Below, in pieces: positions 48,555 through 58,014 of a stretch of 64,000 bases of DNA. Position numbers and translations under genes: made by a program. The stretch's first letter is position 1, and each line of letters begins with the position of its first letter. The notes below the pieces were generated by a model, which saw nothing but the letters and a program-made list of their open reading frames with translations, ran no database searches and had not been told where the DNA came from. Where the stretch lies: contig OY762492.1 of the NCBI GenBank assembly GCA_963665845.2, positions 2,400,001-2,464,000 of the forward strand, in the 5' to 3' direction. Origin of the DNA: Candidatus Poribacteria bacterium. Its GTDB lineage: Bacteria; Poribacteria; WGA-4E; GCA-2687025.

Positions 48555-49688
48555 TCAATCAGCGGGCGTATTTAAAACGGGGTCATAAAAACCAGCAGAG
48601 GTTACTACCTTCAGAATCAAACTTGTCCGCAAATTCATCGCCCCGTTCGTCGAGAAAAACGCGGTCTTCTCCCAGTCATGCGACAGCAGCAGCGCGCGCA
48701 GCGTCTCTTTTTCTCGGTGAAAGACGACGCCGTACCCCCGCCGGTGCGGCAGCTCTTCAAACGACTCATAGGCGCGCATGCCGGTGAAACAGGTGGACGG
48801 CAGATACACGTCGCACCGATACAGCATCTTTTTGTTGCGCGTTGAGGCGGGCGTTCCGCCGTCCGACAGCGAATAGACCGACGCATAGGACGCGCAGGTA
48901 GGCGTTTCTTCGCGCGGCAGCCTGTCCAGGTTCACCTTGCTCCATACCTGAAAAATGGCGCTGACGCTCACCTCGCGCCCGACGCTTGTAACGAACGAAT
49001 CGGCGGGCAGCCGCTTCGATAGAACGCGCCGATAACGCGGGTCAACTCTCTTGGCGGGTACGCCCTTGCCGTCCGATTCAAACAGCTGCGGCAGCACAAA
49101 GGCGGTCAAATCGGCAAACTGAACCGAATGGTTGATGAACTGCAGCGCCAGATGTCCGCGCAGCCCGAACGGCGGATTGCCGAACACGATATACCGCTTC
49201 TCCGAGTTGTCAGGGCGCCAACGCAAATAGTCGGCTTGAATCAGCTGATCGGCGCAGGCGCCGCGCGGGTCTATGTCGACGCCGATCCGCCTGTCCGGCG
49301 GCATCAGGTTGTAAAAGACGCCTCCCCCGGCGGACGGCTCGATATGCCAGTACTCGCCGAGATCGATCTGAAGCGTTTGCGCCGCCTCCTGCAGCCAAGC
49401 GTAACAGCGGCGCGCCGTTTCGGGCTTTGTGTAAAACTGATCCTTATCGCGCACATGGTCGCCGGTCGGGCTGGCGTCTCCGTCTCTGCCGCTCATTCGC
49501 AGGAAATCGCCCTCGTAGGCGGAAGGAACGATGTCTGTCTTCTCCCACCGTTTGACAGTATTGACATGCAGCCCGATGCTGTCGGCGATCTCCTGGAGCG
49601 ACATGCGCTTTTTCGCCTCTCGGAAAAGGCGGGCGGTCGGCGGCGCGGTTTCTATAGAAAAAAGCCGCCCATTCTCCCCGCTGCGCAT
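48555..49688 (-). CDS. HTH-fused N6-adenine DNA methyltransferase (NPPF type)
   Basis: HTH SLQEIADSIGLHVNTVKRWE; DQFYT; IEPSAGGG motif I; DIDP; GNPPFG motif IV. Confidence 0.8.
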   Translation of the reverse strand: MRSGENGRLFSIETAPPTARLFREAKKRMSLQEIADSIGLHVNTVKRWEKTDIVPSAYEGDFLRMSGRDGDASPTGDHVRDKDQFYTKPETARRCYAWLQEAAQTLQIDLGEYWHIEPSAGGGVFYNLMPPDRRIGVDIDPRGACADQLIQADYLRWRPDNSEKRYIVFGNPPFGLRGHLALQFINHSVQFADLTAFVLPQLFESDGKGVPAKRVDPRYRRVLSKRLPADSFVTSVGREVSVSAIFQVWSKVNLDRLPREETPTCASYASVYSLSDGGTPASTRNKKMLYRCDVYLPSTCFTGMRAYESFEELPHRRGYGVVFHREKETLRALLLSHDWEKTAFFSTNGAMNLRTSLILKVVTSAGFYDPVLNTPAD

Positions 49689-49689
49689 C

Positions 49690-52446
49690 TTATAGAGCGG
49701 TCATCATGTTGAGCGCGAGACGGTCGGCGGCGGGGTCGGCGTTCAGATGGTCGACAAGGTTGAATGTTGTCAAGGTCAGCCGCGCCGTTCCGTTCCGCAG
49801 GATGCAGACATCCGCGGCGTAGGGATCCAGCCGTTCAATGTCCGCATACAGAGCCGCCGTTTCGCATTCGACGGAGGAAGGGGAGTCGTGTATTTCCCAG
49901 CTCTCGACGGGGCAAACGCGCGTATAAACGTCGGTCGACCCGACGGCGCATCCTTGGGGCAGCCCGTCAAAAATCGGATGGCGCAGAATAAACCGCGCGG
50001 CGCCGAAGTCATTTGAAAACGCGCGCAGCGGCGGTTTCCATCCGTCCATTTCAGGCAGCCGCGCCGTCGAATCCTGTCCCTCCGCAAAGAGCCGATGGTC
50101 AAGAACGACCAGCGCCGCCCCGTTTCTCCACCGTTTCAACAGCGCCTTCCAGATGGGCATATCGTTCGGTTTCAACGTTCGTTTTGAGACGGCGGCAACG
50201 TCTGCATACTGGACATCGTCGATAGATGTCAAGGGTCGGGCGGACGCCCCGGCGCGTTTCAACAGCTGCGTCAATTCGCCGTTCTCTTCCCAGACGGCGA
50301 GTCGGTCGGGCGTTGGCGCCGGTTCCAGCTCGCGCGGATAGATCGTCATGGAGCGCACGCGCACGGCGGCGGGCATATTCTCCCCGCCGTCCACTTTGCG
50401 TATCTGCGCGGTGAGGCGGTGCGGTCCCCCCGATGCGCTGCCGGGGAGCGACTCGGCAAAGAGCGGTTGAATCAGCGCGCCTGTGACGCGGACATTTTCG
50501 TTCAGCCGCCATAACGTCGTCTGGTCGGACGCCTGCAGGCTCAACGTGAGAACATACTCGCCCGGTTCCACCGCCTGCTCATTCACAAGCGCGATGTCCA
50601 GGTTGAGCGGATCGTTGATGTAAAGCGAGCGCGGCTGCCAGTCGACATTCAGCATCGATCTGGAGTTCATCTCCCGTATTTTTTGAAAGGCGCCGACCTT
50701 CGGCCGCCGCCAGATGTCCGCCGCGCCGGAGAACTCGGAGCCGCTGTCCTCCAGCGAGGCGAGGCAGTGTCCCAACGCGCGCGGGTTGCCCCATAAGGCG
50801 GTCAGATACTCCTCATAACGTTTCGCCGCCGCCAGCTTGCCCGCGGTCAGAAAGGCGTTGAAGGTCGGAAAGCCGCGCTCCTCCATTTGATGCAGCGCAT
50901 ACTGGTCGCGGTGATGATCAACAACGGCGCGGAACGCCTGCAGATCGGCGGCGCGCTGGTTGTATGCGGCATACTTTTCCAGCAGCACATCCCACTCCGA
51001 GCCGTGCGGAACCCCCCATTCGCTCAAGTAAAACGGCGGCGCGGCGGAATCTGCCGGCTTCATCAGCTTTCGTCCGCGCAGGTTTTCAAGAGGCTCCGCC
51101 CCGCCGTCGTCGCCGCGGTTTAGGCGGAGCTGATGAAAATGGCGTTTGGGCGCATGTTCGCCGGGAAGCCACTGGACCCGCTCTTCAGGGTCGCCGCCGG
51201 CAGCGTTCACGATCATGCGGGTCGGGTCCAACGCGCGCAGTTTCGGCATGACCTGCTGCGTCGCGTAGGTCAACAGCTCGCCCCCGTTTTCGTTCAAACA
51301 GCGCCACCAGAGTACCGAGGCGCGGTTCCGGTCGCGCTTCACCTGGCGCGTCATCAGCTCTTCGAGTCGGCGGGCGCGCGCGGCGGCGTTTCCTTGGTTT
51401 AAATAGGAGGCCGCCAGCGTTTCCACCTGAACCATAACGCCCTGCTCGTCGCATGCGTCCAGCGTCGCCTTGCTGGGAGATTTGCTGTCGGCGCAGATCG
51501 CATTCGCGCCCGCCCGACGCGCCAGTTCAATATCCCGTTCCGCCATGACGCTGAAAGGGCGGGCGACGGTCACCGGCCATACCTGCCGATACAACAGCCC
51601 GCGCAGCAGCAGCGGCCGTCCGTTCAAGGTGATATGCGACCCGTCAAACCCGAATTCGCGCATCCCGAACCTGTCTGTCCACTGGTCGTAGGTTTCGCCG
51701 CCGCGCATGAGCGCAATGTTGAGCCGATAGAGATAGGCGTCATGGATTTCCCAGAGGCGCAGGTGCGCGGTCGGAAGGAAAAGGCTGAGGCGGCAGGTCT
51801 GCTTTCCGACGCCGGCTTCGGCGACTCCGCGCGCGCGGGCGACAGGGGAGCCTGTTTCGGGGAAGGCGGGCGACACGGTCGCCTCCAAGGTGAGCGGTTC
51901 ATGAACCGCCCCGCCTCCGCCGATTTCAACCCAAACATCGATGGAAGAATCGGCGGGGTTGGGGCGTATGAAGGCGTCTTCGATCCATTGGCGCCGCTTG
52001 CTGACAAGACGGGCGTCTTGGAGTATGCCGCCGTAGTTGAGCCGATTGCCGCCTGCCGCGTCTTGTCCGATATGGTCAGCTTTGACAAGACGCGCCGCCA
52101 GTAGATTTCCGCCCTTCTGGAGAGCCGCTGTCGCGTCAAAAGAGAACGGAAGGTTCGCGCTTTCGCAGCCGCCGAGATAGCGTCCGTTCAGCCATGCCTC
52201 CGCAAAAAAATCGACCCCGTCAAACTGAAGAAAAAATCGATTTTGTTCTGGCAGGGAGTCCAGATCGAAACGCTTCCAATGCCACGAAACCTGCCCGGCG
52301 TTCGGAAAGGTTTCCTCAACGCAGCTCGGGACGACCGCATCAACCGCGTCTGGATGCGGCTCATGCATCCATCCATGCCGCCGCCCCTCGTCCATCGGGT
52401 CTAGTTGTTGAAGCCAATCGGGCCCGCTGAGAAGACGCTCCGACAT
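49690..52446 (-). CDS. Glycoside hydrolase family 2-like protein
   Basis: LQFDGVD..WLNG, YGGI.Q, FGMREF..LNG.P..LRG, ACDEQG, RDRNRAS, CLNE (acid/base) and SEWG (nucleophile). Confidence 0.85.
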   Translation of the reverse strand: MSERLLSGPDWLQQLDPMDEGRRHGWMHEPHPDAVDAVVPSCVEETFPNAGQVSWHWKRFDLDSLPEQNRFFLQFDGVDFFAEAWLNGRYLGGCESANLPFSFDATAALQKGGNLLAARLVKADHIGQDAAGGNRLNYGGILQDARLVSKRRQWIEDAFIRPNPADSSIDVWVEIGGGGAVHEPLTLEATVSPAFPETGSPVARARGVAEAGVGKQTCRLSLFLPTAHLRLWEIHDAYLYRLNIALMRGGETYDQWTDRFGMREFGFDGSHITLNGRPLLLRGLLYRQVWPVTVARPFSVMAERDIELARRAGANAICADSKSPSKATLDACDEQGVMVQVETLAASYLNQGNAAARARRLEELMTRQVKRDRNRASVLWWRCLNENGGELLTYATQQVMPKLRALDPTRMIVNAAGGDPEERVQWLPGEHAPKRHFHQLRLNRGDDGGAEPLENLRGRKLMKPADSAAPPFYLSEWGVPHGSEWDVLLEKYAAYNQRAADLQAFRAVVDHHRDQYALHQMEERGFPTFNAFLTAGKLAAAKRYEEYLTALWGNPRALGHCLASLEDSGSEFSGAADIWRRPKVGAFQKIREMNSRSMLNVDWQPRSLYINDPLNLDIALVNEQAVEPGEYVLTLSLQASDQTTLWRLNENVRVTGALIQPLFAESLPGSASGGPHRLTAQIRKVDGGENMPAAVRVRSMTIYPRELEPAPTPDRLAVWEENGELTQLLKRAGASARPLTSIDDVQYADVAAVSKRTLKPNDMPIWKALLKRWRNGAALVVLDHRLFAEGQDSTARLPEMDGWKPPLRAFSNDFGAARFILRHPIFDGLPQGCAVGSTDVYTRVCPVESWEIHDSPSSVECETAALYADIERLDPYAADVCILRNGTARLTLTTFNLVDHLNADPAADRLALNMMTAL

Positions 52447-52461
52447 GTTGATTCTTTCCGT

Positions 52462-53340
52462 TCATCCGCCGCTGTTACTGCTTAATAGGCGCGCGCTGTC
52501 GTCCAGTTGCGTTTGAATTTCATAAATAGACCCGACGCGCGGCGGCGACGGAAGCGGAATGCGCGTCGGGACATTCTCCATGCGCGGCTCCCATACCGGC
52601 TCCCCCCGCAGTATCGTCTCCTGAAACGCCTCCCAGCTGTCGATTCCAAGCAGCGGCCAAGCGTCCATCGCCGCATATTGAAACAGAAGCAAACGGCGCG
52701 GAGACGAGGAGCGGTTCGGCGCCGAGCCATGGACAGCGCGGACATGGTGCAGGGAGACGCTCCCGGCGCGCATCTGAATGGAGTCGATCGTTTCGGCGTC
52801 AGGGTCGAAGCGCGGGTCGGTTACGGCGCCGATGAAGACGCCGTCCTGATGATGATCGTACACTGGTCCTTGGTGCGACCCTGGGACCATCAGCAGGCAG
52901 CCGTTTTCAAGCGTCATGTCGTCCAGCGCGACGCCGGCGGCGAGCAGATCGTCGTTCGTGTGCGGATAAAACGCCCAGTCCTGATGCCACTCCACAGGGC
53001 TGCCGTACCCGCCCGATTTCATATTCAGCTTGTCGCCGTTGAACCGTATGCCCGGTCCGATCAGCTGCTCAACGATGTCCAGAAGCCGCCGATGGCGCAG
53101 GGCGGCGTCAAAAACTGGATGGGCGCGCACAGGGTCTTTGAGTCGGCGCAGGCGCGGCTTCTCGGCGGAATGCCCCGGTTCCAGGTCAAAAAACTCGGTA
53201 TGGTCGACGGCGGAGCGGGAGCGTTCAACAAACTCGTCCGAAACGCGCCGCAGCTGTTCGATCTCTTTTTGGTTAAAGACGCCGCGCGCGACAACATACC
53301 CGCGCCGCTTGTAGCTGTCGACCTGCTCGGCTGTCAGCAT
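52462..53340 (-). CDS. PhyH family dioxygenase
   Basis: KLNMK, WHQDWAFYPHTN, ENGCL..VPGSH and HGSAPN.S..RR. Confidence 0.92.
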   Translation of the reverse strand: MLTAEQVDSYKRRGYVVARGVFNQKEIEQLRRVSDEFVERSRSAVDHTEFFDLEPGHSAEKPRLRRLKDPVRAHPVFDAALRHRRLLDIVEQLIGPGIRFNGDKLNMKSGGYGSPVEWHQDWAFYPHTNDDLLAAGVALDDMTLENGCLLMVPGSHQGPVYDHHQDGVFIGAVTDPRFDPDAETIDSIQMRAGSVSLHHVRAVHGSAPNRSSSPRRLLLFQYAAMDAWPLLGIDSWEAFQETILRGEPVWEPRMENVPTRIPLPSPPRVGSIYEIQTQLDDSARLLSSNSGG

Positions 53341-53795
53341 CTGTTTTCAGGGGGCAATTTAGCGGAAACGCGGTCGATCCATCGGTGAATAGCGGAGGAG
53401 GCGCGCGCCGAAACGACCGCCCCCGCCGTCCCAAGCAGACCCGCCAGGGCGATGAGTCCAAGCCCCCGCGTGGCATAGGCGAGCGCGCCGGCGGCCGCGC
53501 CGATGAGCGACGAGCCGATGATCAAGACGGCGATGATGCGCCCCTCGCGCGACGTTTTTCCGTTGGCAAAGGTTCCGCATGCCGCGCCGAGAGCGACGCT
53601 GGCGGCAATCACCGCAAAGGCGGCAAGCGCCTGCGGAACCGCGCCCGGACCCAAAACGCGCGCCGCAAACAACGCAATCAGCCCAAAGCCCGTCAACGCC
53701 GCCACCGCCAAAAAGCCTGCAGTCAGCGCCAACGCAAAACTAAGCCACATGCGCCGTATGTTGTTTTTCCTGTCCATGTCAACATGATATACCAA
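53334..53795 (-). CDS. Hypothetical integral membrane protein
   Basis: About four hydrophobic segments; overlaps the PhyH start. Confidence 0.55.
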   Translation of the reverse strand: MVYHVDMDRKNNIRRMWLSFALALTAGFLAVAALTGFGLIALFAARVLGPGAVPQALAAFAVIAASVALGAACGTFANGKTSREGRIIAVLIIGSSLIGAAAGALAYATRGLGLIALAGLLGTAGAVVSARASSAIHRWIDRVSAKLPPENRC

Positions 53796-53878
53796 CGGAG
53801 CGGGAAACGCAAACGGGCTTGGATAGTGGGGAGTGGATAGTGGTTAGTGGACAGGGTTTAGGCGGGCGGGTTGAAGTT

Positions 53879-53990
53879 GGTTTGAACTAGGATTTTCAGG
53901 ATTTGAGGATGCGGGCATGTTGAGGGCGGAGAGTCGGTTTCAACAATCCTCCTGGCAATCTTTTCAATCATGCAAATCTTAGTTCAGACA
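53879..53990. repeat. Repeat family C copy
   Basis: TTTGAACTAGGATT...AATCTTAGTTCAGAC. Confidence 0.7.
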
Positions 53991-54213
53991 CCAGACGGTT
54001 TCGGGTTCGCCTCTGGATTCCCGCTTGCGCGGGAATGACAGCCGCCCGATTACAGCGTAGGGCGCGGGCTTCTAGACTCCCCCTTTAAAAGGAGGCTGGG
54101 GGTTTTACGGCAGGCGGCGCAGACGCTTTATGGTCAAAATACGGAATTTGGAAAAATAGCGCTAAAATCAAAGCGGGAACTGCCACAAGAGAGCTGAACG
54201 AAAGGAGCGCCGA

Positions 54214-55590
54214 ATGAACGACCGACCGCTAAGCGACTTCGACGCGACGGTTCTTGGGCAGATGGAGCATATCCGCGCCATCGGCAGAAAACGGCTGCGC
54301 AACCAGAACGAACTGGACGACTTCGTCCAAGAGACGGCGGCGCGCGTCTATGCGAACCGCGATCAGTTGCGCGACCCAGCCAAGCTGAAGCAGTGGATCG
54401 CCGGCATCGCGCGGAACACCGCGAACGAGCTGAACCGCGCCGGCTTCCGTAGACGCGAAGAACCGCTGCCGGAAGACGATGGCGAACTGCCGACCATGCC
54501 CGATCCGCATGAAGAACTGGAACGGGCGGAGCGGAACGACCAGATACGTCAAGCGATGAACAGGCTGAACCCGATCGACCGCGACCTGCTGCAGGGGCGG
54601 TATATGGAGGAGGAGTCGTACGCCGATCTTCAGGAGCGGCATGGGCTGTCCTACTCGGCGGTTGGGTTTCGGCTGCATCGCGCGAAGAGCCGTCTTCGGA
54701 AGTTGCTGACCGGAATGAAGGTCGCGTTGGCATTGGCGCTCGCCAACATGAAACAAACCGCATTTGGAGGAATGCTCATCATGACCAAAACGACCAAGAT
54801 CGTTCTCGCAACAGCGTCGGCTCTCATTCTCGCCCTGCTGGGCGGGTATCTCTGGATCGAATACGGCGGCGCGTCGGACGATTCAGATCAGGGGCTGACG
54901 GTTGAGGAACAGTCGCCGATCATCCATGCCCGCGGCGCCGACGACCGCGCCGATTCTTCAGCCGAAACGGAAACGGCAGGCGGAACCGAAACCTTGCTGA
55001 CGGCTGAAGCTCCCTCAACCGGCGGAACAGGCGAGACGGCAGACGCGCCCAACGCCGGCGAGGCGGCGGCCGTTGACGCGCCCGACGCCTTTTCAACCGA
55101 ATTCCAGGAAGGCGTTGAAGAAATGAGCGACTTTGCGAAAAAGATGGTGGCGGAGTTTCCCGAATTCGAGGGCTTGACAGAAGCGGCGGCGGCAATGGGG
55201 GATGTTCTCCTGAAACGCGAAGCGGAATTGCGGCAACAAGGAATGTCCGCTGCCGAACGCAAAACGCAGCTCCGCGCAACATATCAGGCAGAGTCTAAGA
55301 AGATGTCAGAGATCATCGTAGGAGAAATGACCTTCGGAATGGCTCCCGATTTCTCGTCAGTTGATCCCTCGTCCAAGTCATTCGATCCAACCTCGCTGCT
55401 CCAAATGACAGGTCGGTTTCGCGCCTTAACTCAGTTCATCGTTGAAAATCAGCCCAAAAAGTTGGAAACTGTTCTTGGACTTCCAACAGGGAACAATCCG
55501 TCAATGGATGAGATCAATGACATCTTCAACGGTCTCGATTCCTCCATCATTGACGCCGCCGCGCCGTCAATGGAGCCGGAGGACCGGTAA
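54214..55590 (+). CDS. ECF sigma factor fused via a TM helix to the helical domain (class III)
   Basis: Region 2 DDFVQET...WIAGIARN; region 4 LNPIDR...SYADL...AVGFRLHRAK.RLR; TM; acidic linker; DAFSTEFQEGV...PKKLETVLG. Confidence 0.88.
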   Translation: MNDRPLSDFDATVLGQMEHIRAIGRKRLRNQNELDDFVQETAARVYANRDQLRDPAKLKQWIAGIARNTANELNRAGFRRREEPLPEDDGELPTMPDPHEELERAERNDQIRQAMNRLNPIDRDLLQGRYMEEESYADLQERHGLSYSAVGFRLHRAKSRLRKLLTGMKVALALALANMKQTAFGGMLIMTKTTKIVLATASALILALLGGYLWIEYGGASDDSDQGLTVEEQSPIIHARGADDRADSSAETETAGGTETLLTAEAPSTGGTGETADAPNAGEAAAVDAPDAFSTEFQEGVEEMSDFAKKMVAEFPEFEGLTEAAAAMGDVLLKREAELRQQGMSAAERKTQLRATYQAESKKMSEIIVGEMTFGMAPDFSSVDPSSKSFDPTSLLQMTGRFRALTQFIVENQPKKLETVLGLPTGNNPSMDEINDIFNGLDSSIIDAAAPSMEPEDR

Positions 55591-55699
55591 GAGTTCGTTG
55601 TTCGGCAAATTTTGTTGACGCCGCGTCAAGCCGCATGCAAATAGCGCTAAAAACGCTGAGGGCGCTGCCACAACTGAACCGAACGAAAGGAGCGCTGAA

Positions 55700-56959
55700 A
55701 TGCATGACCGACCGCTAAGCGACTTCGACGCGACGGTTCTAGGGCAGATGGAGCATATACGCGCCATCGGCAAAAATCGGCTGCGCAACCAGAATGAGCT
55801 GGACGACTTTGTCCAAGAGACGGTCGCGCGCGCCTATGCGAACCGCGATCAGCTGCGCGACCCCGCCAAGATAAAGCAGTGGATCGCCGGCATCGCGCGA
55901 AACACGGCGAACGAGATGAACCGCGCGGCGTACCGCAGACGCGAAGAGCCGCTTCCAGACGAAGACCAGCTGCAGGACGACACGCGCGATCCGCATGAAG
56001 AACTGGAACGGGCGGAGCGGAACGAGCAGATACGCGCCGCGATGAACAGGCTGAACCCGATCGACCGCGACCTGCTGCAGGGGCGGTATATGGAGGAGGA
56101 GTCGTATGCCGATCTTCAGGAGCGGCATGGGCTTTCCTACTCGGCGGTCGGGTTTCGGCTGCATCGCGCAAAGCGCCGTCTTCGGAAGTTGTTGACCGGA
56201 ATGAAGGTCGCGTTGGCATTGGCGCTCGCCAACATGAAACGAACAGCATTTGGAGGAGTGCTTATCATGACCAAAACGACCAAGATCGTTCTCGGCGTCG
56301 CGTCCGCCATCATTCTCGCCCTGCTGGGCGGGTACCTGTGGGTCGAATACGGCGCACCATCGGACGACTCGAAGCCTGGGCTGACGGTTGAAGAGCGCGG
56401 GCTGACGGTTGAAGATCAGTCGCCGATCTTCAAGCAGAAATCTGCTGAAACGCCAAAGCAAACCGCCGAAGAAACCTCTGCGCCGGAGCGGCAAGAGAAA
56501 ACGCGCGTTTTTGAAGATTCGATCGCTTCTGAAAAGTCTGCCGCCCCGTCTGACGACAGCGAAAGCGTCGGCGCAACGCAGCCCGACGCCCTGCAAACCG
56601 CTCCGCAAGACCCGTTCACCGTCGAACTTCAGGAGGGGGTCCGCGAGTTTAAGGAGGTGTACCAGCGTCTTGTTGAATTGCATCCAGGTCCGAGGGCAAC
56701 TTACATCGCAGCTCTGCATAATGAAGTTGTCGACAACATGGCGGAATACAATGAGGAGCTGCAAGATCAAAACTTGGAGAGCGCGGAACGCGCCGCCAGA
56801 CTTGCCGCCCGCCTCATCGAGACCTCGCAACGGCTGGAGCCGCAGTACACCGCGATGCTGGCCAAAATACACCCTGAAGAAAAGAAAACATACGCTCAAT
56901 TCATGAAAAACAACACGCCCCGAAAACTGTTCGTTTTTCTCGGGATGCTGCCAGAATAA
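55700..56959 (+). CDS. ECF sigma factor fused via a TM helix to the helical domain (class III), paralog 2
   Basis: Sigma part nearly identical to 54214; different C-terminal domain variant (DPFTVELQEGV...PRKLFVFLG). Confidence 0.88.
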   Translation: MHDRPLSDFDATVLGQMEHIRAIGKNRLRNQNELDDFVQETVARAYANRDQLRDPAKIKQWIAGIARNTANEMNRAAYRRREEPLPDEDQLQDDTRDPHEELERAERNEQIRAAMNRLNPIDRDLLQGRYMEEESYADLQERHGLSYSAVGFRLHRAKRRLRKLLTGMKVALALALANMKRTAFGGVLIMTKTTKIVLGVASAIILALLGGYLWVEYGAPSDDSKPGLTVEERGLTVEDQSPIFKQKSAETPKQTAEETSAPERQEKTRVFEDSIASEKSAAPSDDSESVGATQPDALQTAPQDPFTVELQEGVREFKEVYQRLVELHPGPRATYIAALHNEVVDNMAEYNEELQDQNLESAERAARLAARLIETSQRLEPQYTAMLAKIHPEEKKTYAQFMKNNTPRKLFVFLGMLPE

Positions 56960-57107
56960 ATCTGTTTTCAGCGCCGCGGGCGGGGGACCTCAAACGGCGT
57001 TCCCTGCCCACTGCGCCGCTGAAATCTGGCAGGTTCTTTTTTTGGCGGCATCGTGTATCATCAGGGCGTCAACCTCTATGAGAAACGACGGGAAGGCGTT
57101 CTGAATC

Positions 57108-57929
57108 ATGACGAAAACGACCAAGATCGTTCTTGCGGTTTCTGCCGCTCTGTTGATAGCGATGCTGGGCGCGTATCTTTGGATCGAATACGGCGGCGGG
57201 TCGGACGACTCGGATCAAGGGCTGACGGTTGAGGAGCAGTCGCTGGTCATCCATGACAGCGGCGCAGAGGACAGCGCCGATTCTTCAACCGAAACGGAAC
57301 CGTCCGACGACTCTGAAGCCGCGCAAACTTCCGAAGCGGAGCAGGCTGTCGACAACGGCGGCGCGGAAAATACAGCGGCAGCGTCTCCCGACGCCTCCGC
57401 CGACGCGCCTGACGATTTTTCAATCCAGCTCCAAGAGGGCATCCAGGAAATCGTCGATTACGTTGCAAAGGTGAAAGCGCAAATTCCTAAAATGGATTTG
57501 TTCGAGGAGACAACGCTCGCTTCCGTGGAGGGTCTTGATGAGCTGGACGCGCAATTGCGGCGGCAGGGGGTAGCGCTGGAAGAACGGAGAGAAAAACTGC
57601 TGACGAAGTATCTGTATAACTCCATGGATAACACAGGTTCCATGATAGTGGGGTTTGCCTCCATGACGCAGTTAGAAGGGGGCTTTAACACAGAGCGCAT
57701 GGCAGAGTTGCCCCTGATTCTCCGTAGCATAGGGGAGCCTCCTAAAAAGCTGACCAATCTGCTGATGGGCGATATGACCGAGGCGCAGCTGATACAGAAA
57801 ATGATGACAATCCCTGAATATCGGGCGAAGGTGGAGGCGGCGATGTCGGAGATGAGAGAGAGCTTGCAAGATCTCGATCTAGAGAGTCTTGATCTATCGG
57901 GGCCAATTGAAGATCCGTTGCGCCGCTGA
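57108..57929 (+). CDS. Helical-domain family, class II (sigma-less, MTKTTKIV start)
   Basis: Begins at the MTKTTKIVL segment that is internal in the sigma fusions; DDFSIQLQEGI; PKKLTNLL. Confidence 0.82.
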   Translation: MTKTTKIVLAVSAALLIAMLGAYLWIEYGGGSDDSDQGLTVEEQSLVIHDSGAEDSADSSTETEPSDDSEAAQTSEAEQAVDNGGAENTAAASPDASADAPDDFSIQLQEGIQEIVDYVAKVKAQIPKMDLFEETTLASVEGLDELDAQLRRQGVALEERREKLLTKYLYNSMDNTGSMIVGFASMTQLEGGFNTERMAELPLILRSIGEPPKKLTNLLMGDMTEAQLIQKMMTIPEYRAKVEAAMSEMRESLQDLDLESLDLSGPIEDPLRR

Positions 57930-58014
57930 AATCGGGCAGGTTCATTTTTCAGCGGCATCGTGTATCATCAGGGCGTCAACCTCTATGAGAAACGACGGGA
58001 AGGCGTTCTGAATC

